This document shows, piece after piece, positions 13,341 to 26,930 of a DNA stretch of 64,000 nucleotides (its first letter is position 1; every line of letters begins with the position of its first letter). The stretch is from contig NC_042998.1 of NCBI RefSeq assembly GCF_006345805.1, positions 102,672,001-102,736,000 of the forward strand, given 5' to 3'. A program made the translations under genes and the position numbers. The notes under the pieces are model-generated. The model was given only the letters and a program-made list of their open reading frames with translations. It was not told the origin of the DNA and ran no database searches. Source of the stretch: Octopus sinensis. Its lineage: Eukaryota.

Positions 13341-13373
<33 letters not shown>

Positions 13374-13463
13374 GATAGATAGATAGATAGATAGATAGAG
13401 ATATAGATATATACACTTATACAAACATATACATGTCTATATACATATATACATATACATACA

Positions 13464-13509
<46 letters not shown>

Positions 13510-13530
13510 ATATATATATATATATATGCA
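13150..13530. repeat. Compound microsatellite block duplicated with a 160-bp period
   Basis: Core gagatatagatatatacacttatacaaacatatacatgtc at about 13238 and about 13398. Confidence 0.85.
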
Positions 13531-14324
13531 TTTTTAATTAGCATCAAAAAAAAATATTGGTGACTATTTTGTTCTAGACATTGTTTTCTGTAAGACTTGT
13601 TTTAGAGATGTCTTATTAATCCTAACTAGATGACATTACTTCTATAAAGTTAAAGATTGTCAGTGTAGGTGTATGTGCACACGACACAAAGGAAATGAGC
13701 CATGTTCGAGAATTGCTATGCGTCTTTCGTACACCTGCATAAGATGCAATTCAAATCTTGGGAAATTCAACAGTTTCAAATATTCAATCTCCATCATAAA
13801 TTCTATAATATAGCTTAAAAATATTGTTTGCACTTCGATGGACTTCAATAAAAATTGCGATGAGGGTACTATCACATTTCTAAATATGACATTGAATGTA
13901 TTTCGATATCACAGTTTGTTAGTGTCGTTGTATAAAATTTTCCAAAATTGATAAACTTTATATAGTGGCATCTTTTCGCACTTGTTTCTTTGAAAGTTAT
14001 ATTGATGCAATGATATGTATTTTAATTTGCAATATCCATTATTACGTTTGTTGATGAGGATATTTTTGATGCAGAAAGTAATCCTTGATGAACATTGTTT
14101 AATGAAATGTGTACCTCCACAATTCTCGAGCAATATCAAATTCCGATTGCGCAAGGTAATTGAAAGTTGCTACAGCGTTAAAATACTTTATAGTGTTATT
14201 AGATGAAAACAAAATTGTTGCATCATCATATATGAAGAACAAGCTTGTCTATTCCCAAATCGTAATTTTAAGTCTCTGAAGAGCTGAGGCAAACAAGACC
14301 AATACTGCCGGAATTATAAAAAGG

Positions 14325-14655
14325 CCCGAAATTTGGTGGGAGAGGGCCAGTCGATTAGATCGAGCCCAGTACGCAATTGGTACTTAATTTATCGACGCCG
14401 AAAGGATGAAAGGCAAAGTCGACCTCGGCGGAATTTGAACAAGGGGCTAAACACAGATAGGACAAACAAGGATAAACAAACGGATTAAGTCGATTATATC
14501 GACCCCAGTGTGTAACTGGTACGTATTTAATCTACCACGAAAGGATGAAAGGCAAAGTCGACCTCGGTGGAATTTGAACTCAGAACGTAGCGGCAGACGA
14601 AATAGCGTTAAGCATTTCGCCCGATGTGCTAACGATTCTGCCAGCTCGCCGCCTT
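14325..14655 (-). mobile_element. Two abutting SINE copies
   Basis: Two gaaaggatgaaaggcaaagtcgacctcgg cores. Confidence 0.8.
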
Positions 14656-14679
14656 GAAACATAAATAAATATTGTTAAC

Positions 14680-15075
14680 ATATAGGTGTGACTGTGTTGT
14701 AACAAGCTTGCCTCCTAACGACATGGTTTCGTGCTTAGTCGCACTACATGTTACTTTGGACAAATGTTTTCCACTATATCCTCAGGCCAACCAAAGCCGT
14801 GTGAGTGGAGTTGGCTGACAGAAACTGAACGAAGTCCGTCGTATGTGTATATATATATTTATGCGTGTGTGTTTCAGTGTCTGTCCCCGCCAACGCTTGA
14901 CAGCCGATGTTGGTATGTTTATATCGCCGAGACTTAGCGGATCGGCAAAAGGAAAACGACAGAATAAGTACTAGACTTACAAAGTATGTGTCCTGGGTTG
15001 ATGTCTTCGACTAAAACCTTTTAAGTTGGTGCATCTGTCAAATGACTGGAACGTGTAAAAGACTAAAAGAAAGAA
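14680..15075 (+). mobile_element. Second SINE family copy
   Basis: Reverse orientation of the 8063-8487 family. Confidence 0.75.
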
Positions 15076-15128
15076 TGAAATGTTGAATATTAATGTCTTA
15101 TATTCTACCGTTTGCTAATCTAATGCTC

Positions 15129-15174
<46 letters not shown>

Positions 15175-15340
15175 CATTTCTACTAAAAGTACAAGGCCTG
15201 AAATTCGAGGGTAGTGGACTAGTCAATTACAAGAACTCTTGTATTTCAATGGTACTTAATTTATCGAATGAAAGGTTATGTCGACCTCGACGGAATTTCA
15301 ACTCAGAATGTAAAAATGTACGAAATGTTAGCTAAGAATT
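15175..15340 (-). mobile_element. Degenerate SINE
   Basis: gtcgacctcgacggaatttcaactcagaatg core. Confidence 0.6.
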
Positions 15341-17347
15341 TTACCCGACGGAATAAAACAAGTTTCGCATAAATCGGACAAGTGGTTATTCAAGAAACGT
15401 TAAACTTTTCATTAGACACAAGATGGGCAAAATATTTTTAAGTGAAAATGAGTTTAAAAATACGGTAAATATTTCGTAAAAGACCCGTTCGTAACCTCGG
15501 TGTGAAATAGTATTTTTACCATAGGTTTCTTTCGAGTGCATTCAACGTATCTCACCTCCAAAGATTTGGCTGTTATTTCTAGCACACCCTGCTACCACGT
15601 AAGAGTTATTTGCAATAAAGGACCCGAAATACCTGTTACGAGGGAGCAGGGCGTGCAAAAATAGCATCCAAATCTTTCCTTTTCTGGGGAAAGGAGTCGT
15701 TTACGTGTGGCTTCGATGTCACATTTGTTGAAAGCATGCGAAATATCCTGGAAAAAAAACTGCGAAACAAAACTCAGACTTTCCCAGTACCTTGAATTAT
15801 TGATGACCAAACGGGTTATCTATATAAAGACTTCTGATTACAGTCGAAGGCGACCAACTTCAGTATAGTCAATGAGTTGAAGCTATCGACACAAGAACTT
15901 CACCTGAAGTACACTTTGTATACTTCCAATCACAGAGAGATGAAACGCAATGTTGACCTCGGCAGTATTTCTATTGAGAATGCAATTAGGAGTTGATCTG
16001 TTTTTGCTAAATGTATGTTATACTTTTTACCAATAAAGGAGTTGTTATTAGGGATAAAAGATATATCGTTATACGAGGATGTCACATCTGTATATAAACT
16101 CGAAATATTAGTAAAGATCCCAGTTAAAATCACATATTGTTGGTTAGCCTGAACAATTCATTAATATAGGGGTTTCGTGGAATATAAAAGCAATTTCATG
16201 GAAGTTGAGTTTCAATTAAATATGTTGAACCGAACATCTGAAAGTTTGAGGTATTCTTTAATATTTAAACGGCAATATGACTTGTGCACATGAGAAGAAA
16301 AATATTAAAATATATATCACAAAGAAATGTATAAGGGGATCGTGTAAAACAGATTAAAGAAAAAAAATTAGGTTTTTAGAGGCAGAAAGCGAAAATTAAA
16401 TTAAAGCTTAATACGAAAGTGAAGATCTGGAGAACAAAGAAAGAATGGCATGAGAAATATTTTACTTGGAAAAATATGAGCAATGTATGAAATAAAGATC
16501 GATCTTTATTTCAACAATTATATATATAAAATTTTTAATCAAATTTGCACTCGCACAAATGACAATATCTACTTCTAGTTGAACTATCGAACAATGTATA
16601 ATGCATGCATAGCAATATTTATATTTTCACAATTTTCTAAACCGACAGAGGAGAAAGTAAGTATATGTTTTATTTTCAATTTTATAATATAGCCGTAGAT
16701 AAAAAAATAATAATGTAAAAGTAAGAAAACACACATTATAGCTTCTAAGCATTATCAATATCACAGAAAATGTTGGCGCCACTAAGAGGTAGTACAGACT
16801 TTTATATTCAATTCTCCAAATAAGATTTAGAGCTTTCCTCTTGGCTTATGAAAAATTCTCAGTTTTACCATTGAAGTGAGAAAAACGTTTTTTTCATGAT
16901 CAATTTCAAATTAATCTCTTTTTAAAAAATATTTCTTGCAACGTACACTAACTGAAGATGAGAGACTTGATATTATCACTTATGAAGCAAATTTATACAT
17001 ATATCGATGTTTTTGGTATTATTAGAAATGCAGCTGGTTGATACAAAATACTTGAAGCGGATATCGTATTTAAGGTTTGCCAGTTCATATCATCATGGGT
17101 AATGCACTGAATCCATTACTCAAATGACAATTCAATCAGTGGAAGATTATATAATTTGAGTTAAAAATCATATAATTTGTTAGCTGTTGTAGATTATTTT
17201 TTAATTAATCAAATATAAGCGCGCTCACAAGCACACATGCACAGACACAGACACACACACGCACAGACGCACACACAAACACAAGAGTGAGACAGAAGTT
17301 CCTGATATTGCTTCTGATTTCTTTGTCTTTTGTTAAATTTCTGCTAT

Positions 17348-17389
<42 letters not shown>

Positions 17390-17657
17390 CTGTGTGTTTG
17401 TGTGTGTGTGTGTGTGTTTGTGTAAACATATATATATGCATATATATATATATATGCATGTATATGCATATATATATATATATATATATATATGCATGTA
17501 TATATATATATAAAGTTAATCCAAACAAGAAACCACAAACTAACACAACAACGCGAGGACGCGGAGCAAATATAGTAATATTGGACGTTCAGAAAAGAAG
17601 GAAAGATCCAGAGAAGGGAAGACAGAGGAAAAAAATCGCCAACGGTACACTCGCGGT

Positions 17658-17749
<92 letters not shown>

Positions 17750-18345
17750 AGTGTGAGTGTGTGTGTGTGTGTTGTGTGTGAGTGTTCAATATATATGAAA
17801 GATCCTGGGTAATAACTGCAAGGTAGCCAAATGTAGCTTCATTGGTTAACTTATTGGAACATAGCCAATACTTAAATGTTTATATATATATGGTATTTTT
17901 ATATAAGCTTAGATCTTATGGTGATCACCGTGCAATGACTAAGGAAAACAGTCTAATAAAAGGAGAATATAACTCTTCGACAGGGAAAAGAAGGTTACAT
18001 ATCCGCGCGTGAGTTGAACATTTATACCAGCGATTCAGCCTCCCACCTTCTGTCAAATTTAAGAACTATAATATTTCATGTAAAGGTAACACACTTAGTC
18101 GCTTTAACAAGGAGATGTTGGTTCGACTCACATGCGGATAGGAAAGATTTTGTTATTCTGCCGATGATTTATATGCCTCTTTATTAGACTATAGTCCTTA
18201 GTCATTGCACTGTGATCGCCATAAGCTGTAAGGTTGTATAAAAATACCAGTATTATTGTAAAAACTGCGCTGTATAAAAAACATTCGCACCGAAAGCATA
18301 TATATATATATATATGTGGTGTGTGTGTGTGTGTGTTGTGTGTGT

Positions 18346-18378
<33 letters not shown>

Positions 18379-18379
18379 G

Positions 18380-18423
<44 letters not shown>

Positions 18424-18815
18424 AATTTGAGGATATAAACCTCTTATAGAGATTGTTCCGTCCAAGTTACACTGGTTTAATATATTATACTGTAAAGAGA
18501 TACCTCTTCAATAAATATATTAAATATATTAAGTATCAAATATTATTAAGCAGGAAAATGGAGAGATTTAATGGATAAAAATAAATTTATTAATTACTTA
18601 ACATTGCTTGAAGTCGCACTCAATTGTTTCAATTCAAACTCAATTGATTTTGAGTGGAATATCATCAAGGCGAAAGGATATTAAATATAAGTAGACGAGA
18701 GTATGTTTATTTGTATGAGTGTATGTGCGTAATAAACTTCTCAAAATATAAAATAAAAAATATTAAAATTATTAAATTATTATTTTTATTATTATTATTA
18801 TTATTACTATTACTA

Positions 18816-18846
<31 letters not shown>

Positions 18847-19334
18847 TATTATTATATTTATAAATATGATATTTATTTATCATTCTGTATCTGACCCACA
18901 TTTTCTTTTAGTAATTTGTATTATATATTTTGCACTTTATTTTATTCGCATTTTGAATATATTGTTGTTTTCATTTTATTTCCTTTATTTTAATATTAAT
19001 AGTTTATTTATTTTGTTAAATTTATTACCCTTTATCATTATTTATTATTATTTTATGTTTGTATATAATATCATAATCTGATCAATTTTTATTAATTTAA
19101 TTTTATTAACTTTTGTTAATCTTTTATTAATATATATTGATTAATTTCGCTCATATTATTTTTTTTATTTTTTATGTGCATATTACATATTTTAATAGTT
19201 TTATATATATTTGTTTTATATTTTAAGAAAAATATCAACAGACTCTCAAACGCAAATAACTAAACATACTCTCATCTACTTAGTCTGTTAAAATGTTTCA
19301 ATTGGTCAATATGTAACTTCCTTAATGTCCTTTC

Positions 19335-19395
19335 GCTCTGATGATATTCAACTAATAATCTTCAATTGAGTGTGAATTGAAACAATTGTAGGCAA
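19335..19395 (+). ncRNA. Type I hammerhead ribozyme-like motif in an AT-rich PLE terminal-repeat-like block (about 18870-19440)
   Basis: CTGATGA(19338-19344), stem II attca/tgaat, GAAAC-aatt-GTA, followed by aataaa and a microsatellite; stem I only 3 bp. Confidence 0.45.
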
Positions 19396-19559
19396 TGTTA
19401 ATTAATTAATAAATAAAGTTTATCCATTAAGTCTCTCCATTTTCTTGCTTAATAACATATGTGTGTGAGTGTGTGTGGAATATAGCTAATACTGTAGCTT
19501 AAGGCACATGAAATCACAAAGACTTCAGAAGCAAAATGAATTCGAACCATTAGGTGAGC

Positions 19560-20890
19560 ATTACTGTTGACTGATTGAACTGCAAATTGAAACAAATGGA
19601 TTTTGAAACAATTTCGACAGCCGAAATAAATTTCATTTAACTGGAAAAACAGACCGTCTAGTCTCCTCAGATTTACAGCATATAATTGTTTTCAGCTCCT
19701 GTGTATGCATTGTTTGCTCTTAATTCAGGCATGAAGTCAGCAGAAGTCAGAAATGGTAACAAATTAGACTTATTGGCTTTTAAAATTACTTAGTTATTTC
19801 CCGCTGTCTATATGAATTTGAAAGCCCACTGAATAAAACTTTGCCTATTTTTAATCCATATTCTTATTGAAAATATAAGTAACGGCAGAATAATTGTTTC
19901 GCTTCTATGGAGCTCATTATTTCTCGACAATCCTCATATGTAAATGCCGTTTACATATCAATACTGTATTTTCTTTTTATATCTGTTTCTTAATGTAATT
20001 CATTATTTAATATGGAATCTGAAGAAATATCCGACAGTTTAAAGCAATTCACCGAAAGACTTCAAATACATTAAAGGAAAAGCATTACCCTCTCCATATG
20101 CTATTTCACATTACTAATTTACATTGAAGCTAGTAATGGAAGCATATTCTGATAATGATGCTTTAATATCTGACAGAATCACTTTATTTCCCTTTAGGGC
20201 GACATACACTAACTGATACTTCCATTGGTCATTTGATTCTGATTGTGCTGTTTCTTTTTTTATTTCTCCAACTTGTCATTGAAGCTGCGGCTAGTTTTAT
20301 AATTTTTGATAGCGCATTAACTCATCTCCACAACTTAAGGGTAATAGAGCCTGATGTTACAAATTTTGTATCAAGCTTGAAACGTTCGTAGTCCTTGTTT
20401 TGCTTATATATATGAAAGGGGTCAAATATAACTACATACAATATGCACATATAGACCCATAAAGATATATAAAACGTCGTATATGCTTTAAATATTTGAC
20501 TGTGTGCATATGGATATATGTATGTGTGTGCACGCGTTTGTGTCCAAATACATAATTACACATACATATATTTTATATATATTTTATACTTATATATGTT
20601 TACACCGTAAAGGACACAGTACCTATGGTTTCACAGACTCTCAGAGTGGTCCATTGTAGCCTGATGTAACCGACCAGTTTAATTTGCACCGAGATTTACT
20701 ATGTTTCAAGGAATGCAAGAGTTTGTCGATCAACTACCAAGAAGTACACGTAGAATCTGGAGGGGTTTCGGCACTTGATATCTGATATCTATAAGTTTGT
20801 CATATTAAGGCGAACCTCAGACAATATAAGAGATGCACGCTTAGAAATTCACACTTGCGTCTTATTATAATTATAATTCTTAAACAAACA
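19560..20890 (+). pseudogene. Decayed protocadherin-like fragments
   Basis: LKQMDFETISTAEINFI (19587) then APVY (19695) in frame; STYGF...PDVTDQFNLHRD...HVESGG...RLIIIIIL (20618-20881) in one frame with 3 stops. Confidence 0.35.
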
Positions 20891-21302
20891 ATTTTTATAT
20901 ATTTCTCAAATATCATTTTATAGTTAGTAAGTTTGTACTGCTGCACTATGTAAATTCAGGCAGCATGTATTTCTGAATTGATGATATAACTTCTCGGTAT
21001 TTTTATTAATCAGATACAGAAACTACCTAACATCACAAACATATTCGATCATATATTATATATTCCTTTATCTTTTAATCCTTTTCAGTATATTAAGTAC
21101 CTGTTTTTACATAAGCCACACTGCTAACATGCAGAATCAGGCTGCGTATATAGCTTACTAATGCTCTATTTTCGTTTGAGTATGAAAGCAGTCATATCTC
21201 ATGAATTTCGTATTCAGTCAGCGATACGCATATTATCTACTCACTGCAATGTCAAATATCCTTGACAGGAATGTCTGAGAAACGATGTTTTATCCTGTAA
21301 AA

Positions 21303-21343
<41 letters not shown>

Positions 21344-22199
21344 TCTTTCTATCTGTTTGTCTGTGTGTCTGTCTGTCTCTCTATCTGTGTATTTTGGTTC
21401 TATTCATTTATAAATATCTATATATTTATACTTACATATGCATTCATCTGAAAATATTCAGTCTTTCTTTTCTGTATGTTTAAACACACACGAACACGCA
21501 CACACACGCACACACACGCACACACACACACGCACACACACATACACACATATACACACACATAGTATGCCCAACCCAATCAGTTATATTTAATTTCTTC
21601 ATCAGCATAATTGTCTTTATATATATATATCTATATGCATGTGTGTATGTGTGTGTGCATAAATATAAACGTATGTATCTCTGCATTTATGTCCCTGTAT
21701 GTATCACTATATATTCGTTACGTCTATATTTCTCAAGTGTATACGAAAAAATTGGTTACATGTTTCTATGGGTTTGGTCAAATGACACAGAAGTCCTGAA
21801 GAGAAACTAATGTTTCGAGAAGGGATTATGTATGTTCATCAGTTTGTTTTGTTAGTCCACAGTACAGAGGAATATTTAAATTTGCTATGTTTGTATGTGT
21901 ATGTAAATGTGTATGTCTCTGTATGTGTTTGTATTCAGCAATAAGTAAGGTAAGTTTTGCTTTTGAATAATATTAGCGCGTTTCTTTTACAGCACTTAAT
22001 AAGATTTCCCTGTTGCGTAGAAATGATGACTGGTATTATATATCGGCCATTTATTCAAGGAATTGTAGTACCTGCCAATAATGGAATGAAATGGTTTGGA
22101 TTCTCGTAGTGTAATAAAAATGAAAATGAGGAGTTCCGTATAGCATAGTATTGATTCCAAATTTGTGCACAAGACCAACATTTTCATGGGAGTGCGCAA

Positions 22200-22905
22200 T
22201 TCGATTAAACAGACCAACAGTGTTCAAATGGTACTTGTTTTATCAACTCCGAAAGGATGAAATACAAAGTCTACACCGGCGGATAGTACTAGGCAGAGAC
22301 GCAATGGTCAGTATAAGCAAGATCTGGAAGAGTAGAGATATCAGCCTTGCTACCAAATGCAGATTGGGGAATACAATCGTCTTCCAAATAGCAACATATG
22401 GATGCGAGACCTGGAAACTAAAGAAAGATGATCAGAAGAGAATTAATGCATTCGAACTTTGGTGTTGGAGAACACTTTTGCGGATTCCATGGACAGCGAG
22501 GCTCACCAATGGAGAAGTTCTTAAACAGATCAAGCTGAAAGTGTCGCTAGAAGCTTGGATCACCAAGCATAGATTGGCATATTTTGGTCATAATATGCGG
22601 AGAAAATCCCTGGAGAAGGACATCATTCTCGGAATGGTCAGTGGCCAAAGAGGAAGATTCCGACCAAGAAACCGCTGGCTTGACACTATTGAACGTGACA
22701 CGAGAATGGCCATAGCCAATCTGAAAGAAGTGACCCAGGATAGAACTGGCTAGAGAACACTTATACACGAAGTAACCGAGAGTCGACTTCGACTGAGCGG
22801 ATAGATAGATAGACACCGGCGGAATTGGAACTCAAAATGTCAAGACGGACGAAATGCCGCTAAGCATGTTACCCGGCATGGTGATGATTCTGCTAGCTCG
22901 CCGCT
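22200..22905 (-). mobile_element. SINE split by an RTE insertion
   Basis: SINE core resumes after the insertion (acaccggcggaattggaactc...). Confidence 0.75.
22284..22812 (+). mobile_element. 5'-truncated RTE (BovB-like) LINE with 11-bp TSD
   Basis: IWKSRDISLATKCRL...YGCETW...RINAFELWCWRTLLRIPWTAR...YFGH...GRFRPRNRWLD; 3' (TAGA) tail; TSD acaccggcgga at 22273-22283 and 22813-22823. Confidence 0.9.
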
Positions 22906-23813
22906 TTCTGTATAGGATGATATTAATATTCTTTACTTCCTCAATCTTTCAACCAAGCATGCATTTATGTTGTACTGATATCTATTTTATCTTTACATTG
23001 TGTATAGTTACATATGCCTACATATTTACATTATATACACGCACGGACACACACGCACTCATATGCACACGCGCGGGCACATATTCCCGTACGTGCTCGC
23101 TCTTCACCCGCTTCAATTTATCTGTTAATTCAAGGCAGGAATCATAGTTGTAATTTTCACATTTTCACAAAGACTTTCCCAATATTTTGTGTATATAAAC
23201 GTAACTCGTATTAATTCAAACGAACTCTCCGAATTAGTTTCTTTGTGCCAACAACACCGCACTCATTTGGGAAAGAAAATATATACCGTTAAATATATAT
23301 TACAATTCTGTACGCAGTGTCTTTCTAAACTTACATTTTATTGCCTTGATTTTTTTTACTTTCATCTTTCCTTTTCATAGAACGCATTCCTACATGAAAT
23401 AAATTCCGTGACGTTAACTTAGTATAATATTCATTTGTCAGTTATTTCACTTTAGCATTATATTTGTGGTTTGGTGTAAAACTGTTTATGTTTATGTACT
23501 AGAGTGGCTTCGATTAATTTGAGAGGAATATATCGCATCGACCTCCCAGAAATAATAGCGTAATCTCTTTCAAATAATTCCCACGAGTTTATATTAGTGG
23601 AGTGACATGTTCCATACTGAACTTGTAATTATAGATGCAGACGGCTGTTTACCATTAGTCCAGTTTTACATTTAAGACAGATGTTTCACTTTCGATATAC
23701 GGGTTAAACAAAATTACTGCTCTTACGGTCGAAGCATATCGGAGATCTGACTAATTGTATTGTGATTTAATCAAGTAAACTGCTGTTACTTTCGAAATAT
23801 ATTCTTCATCCAT

Positions 23814-23857
23814 TTATCTATCTATCTATCTATCTAGCTAGCTAGCTATCTACCTAC

Positions 23858-23943
<86 letters not shown>

Positions 23944-23944
23944 G

Positions 23945-24038
<94 letters not shown>

Positions 24039-24090
24039 CATCTATCTATCTATCTATCTATCTATCTACCTATCTATCTGTCGATCTATC
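23814..24090. repeat. (TATC)n tetranucleotide array
   Basis: Read directly from the sequence. Confidence 0.95.
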
Positions 24091-24426
24091 TATATGCTTA
24101 CATACATATGTTACATACATAAGTACATACCTATATATATTTTCCCTCTTCTTGCTGTATTAGGGAATTTGAGTAAAATTATATTTATATGTCCAACTGA
24201 TTAAAAAAATCTATTTATTTATGTAACTGAAGGTATCCCTGCATTTAAATTGATGTAAGGATTTCCTTGTTCAATTAAATGGAGATGCTTGAAACGCCGT
24301 ACTGCATCATCTCTTGATATCCTGTTACTTATTTTGACTACATATATATTTATAAATCTTTATACCAATGTATATTATACCTTATATTTAACTTGTGTCT
24401 ACAAATGAAATCGGTTCAGTGAATTT

Positions 24427-24459
<33 letters not shown>

Positions 24460-24468
24460 AAAGACATG

Positions 24469-24509
<41 letters not shown>

Positions 24510-24539
24510 CCCCCCCACACACACATATATATATATATA

Positions 24540-25941
24540 CAGTTGCGGCCAAATTGTTCAGAACGGCATTGTTTCCGTCAGAAAAGCAAGTATATGTTTT
24601 CATCAAAGTAGTTTTATATGCTATAATTTTCATAGACAATAAATACAATATCAATTGTTATTGTCTAATATTTTGGTGTAATTTGAGAGGATAATACAAA
24701 AGTTATGGATGATTTAGTGATTTACTGCAAAACCCATGGCGGCCAAAATGATCAGAACGGTTGAAAAAATAACAAAATAATCAAAGATGACAGAGAATAC
24801 TGGAATTATTTCATATTTAGTGTGAAGCCCTTTAGCTTCAATCACACTCTGACATCTTTGACTGCATGAGGAAATTAAATTTTCAATTTATTGCTGGGTG
24901 ATCTTATTCCATTCTTCCTGAAGGGCATTCCATAATTGCTCAGTTGTTTTAGGATTTCTGGCTTTCGAACGTTCTCCTAGAATATTCCATACATTTACAA
25001 TAGGATTGAGATCTGGGCTTTGAGCAGGCCAATCCATAACAATAACCTTTTCATCCTTAAGGAAGTTCATGACCACCTTAGCCTTGTGACATGGGGCATT
25101 GTCCTGCATGAATATGGATGGTCGCTTAGTTGAATTTCTCAGCACAGGCAAGACATGATCGTTTACAAGTTGTTTATAAACTCCTGCATTTACCTTTCCA
25201 TATAATCGCACCAAAGGGCCCACACCATCTCCAGATATCATCCCCCAAACCATGACAATTCCTCCACCGAATTCAACACTAGTCTTAAGACATTTAGGCG
25301 ACAATTTTTCACCAACTTTTCTTCAATACAATGCTCATTTTCCGAGAAACAGCAGCAGCAGTTTTAAATCTGTCCTTTTTAACCAACTTTACCATAGCAC
25401 GATCTTCTCTCTTGGTCGTTTTTCTTGGCCTACCTGTAAACTTTCTTGATTCACACGAACCACAATCGTCATAGACCTTAAGAATACCGTGTACAACACT
25501 TTTTGACTTGTTAAAAATCTTTACAATACCTCCAATACTTAAATTATCCTTCCTTCGAAGCTTAATAATCTGCTGACGAATTGGTAACGGAGTAAGTGGC
25601 ATTATATTAACAAAGTACACTGCAAATATTCCTAGTAATGTTTAGTAAACGAACCGTCACGTAAACAAATTCAAAATATTAGATTTCGCCGGTTAAATAT
25701 ACTAAAACACGGTGTAAAAGCAACCGTTCTGAGCATTTTGGCCGCCATGGGGTTTGCAGTAAATCACTACATCATCCATAACTTTTGTATTATCCTATCA
25801 AATTACACCAAAATCGCAGGCAATAACAAATATCGTATTTATTGTCTGTAAAAATTATAGAATATATAACAACTTTGATAAAAAATTATATCTACTTTTC
25901 TGACGAAAACAATGCCGTTCTGAACATTTTGGCCGCCACTG
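24540..25941 (-). mobile_element. Tc1 transposon, IR/DR type with about 220-bp TIRs; internally deleted transposase
   Basis: TA TSDs; TIRs 24540-24763 and 25721-25941, each with two ggc(g)gccaaaatg.tcagaacgg direct repeats; GRPRK and FMQDNAPCH...WPAQSPDLNPIV (E replaced by V at DD34E); first catalytic D region missing. Confidence 0.95.
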
Positions 25942-25942
25942 T

Positions 25943-26006
<64 letters not shown>

Positions 26007-26008
<2 letters not shown>

Positions 26009-26339
26009 CGTGATGCATATATGCCATTTGAATATGGCTAACCCAAAAGGGTGGATGCTACTGTAGTTTGTAGCCCCAGGAAGACACCTCCTCCCGCTGG
26101 CTATAGACACACTATCTGTGACCTGTCAGTATTTGTGAAGGGGAGTCATCCTCCCCGTCTTCGGGTACGTGTGTATCATGTGCTGAAGACGGGGGGGATG
26201 ACTCCCCTTCACAAATACTGACAGGACACAGATAGTGTGTCTATAGCCAGCGGGAGGAGGTGTCTTCCTGGGGCTACAACTACAGTAGCATCAACCCTTT
26301 TGGGTTAGCCATATTCAAATGGCATATATGCATCACGTT
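26007..26339. repeat. 333-bp near-perfect palindrome
   Basis: Arms 26007-26162 and 26185-26339; 3 substitutions plus 1 indel; 22-nt spacer. Confidence 0.95.
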
Positions 26340-26379
26340 GTGTTACCGCTACTGTTTATAACTCGCTCTGAGATTTATC

Positions 26380-26435
<56 letters not shown>

Positions 26436-26549
26436 TGTGTTTAAGTCCGCTAAGAATCCGTAAGTCAGGAAAGAAATGGAATTGAAAATCTGTCAATAGA
26501 CCGGCTATATTATGCGGATGTATAATATAGCCCTTAAAACGGTGTTTCT

Positions 26550-26930
26550 GCGTTTACAGAGAATATCGATCTGTCTTACACAGGATCTTGCTTTTAGGAA
26601 TTCCCAATAAGTTATTGATACCCGAATTGTGAAGTCACGTATGTAATAACATGACATTAGTACCCGATAGTAAGAATTCAAATAAAGTAGCCCCCCACCA
26701 AGTGTTTAATATGTTCTCAGAGTATATAGAACTTAGGAGGAAATACTAAATAGAGAATACATCCTTCTGCGACGCCTGTGTTGGTATAGTCGTGAATAAG
26801 GCACTAACAGAAATAGGTGGATCTATTGCTTAGGAAGATACTATTTACTTCTTTATGGGTTGTACTGGATAAATTGTGAAAATAACTCTAACAGTTAAAA
26901 TACTAAGAAATAAGCACACTCAATTTGATT
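26550..26930 (+). pseudogene. Decayed protocadherin EC1-like fragment
   Basis: IDLSY (26565), QVFNM (26699), ILNRE..LC (26743-26781), ITLTVKILRNKHTQF (26882-26926), colinear over about 120 codons. Confidence 0.35.
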
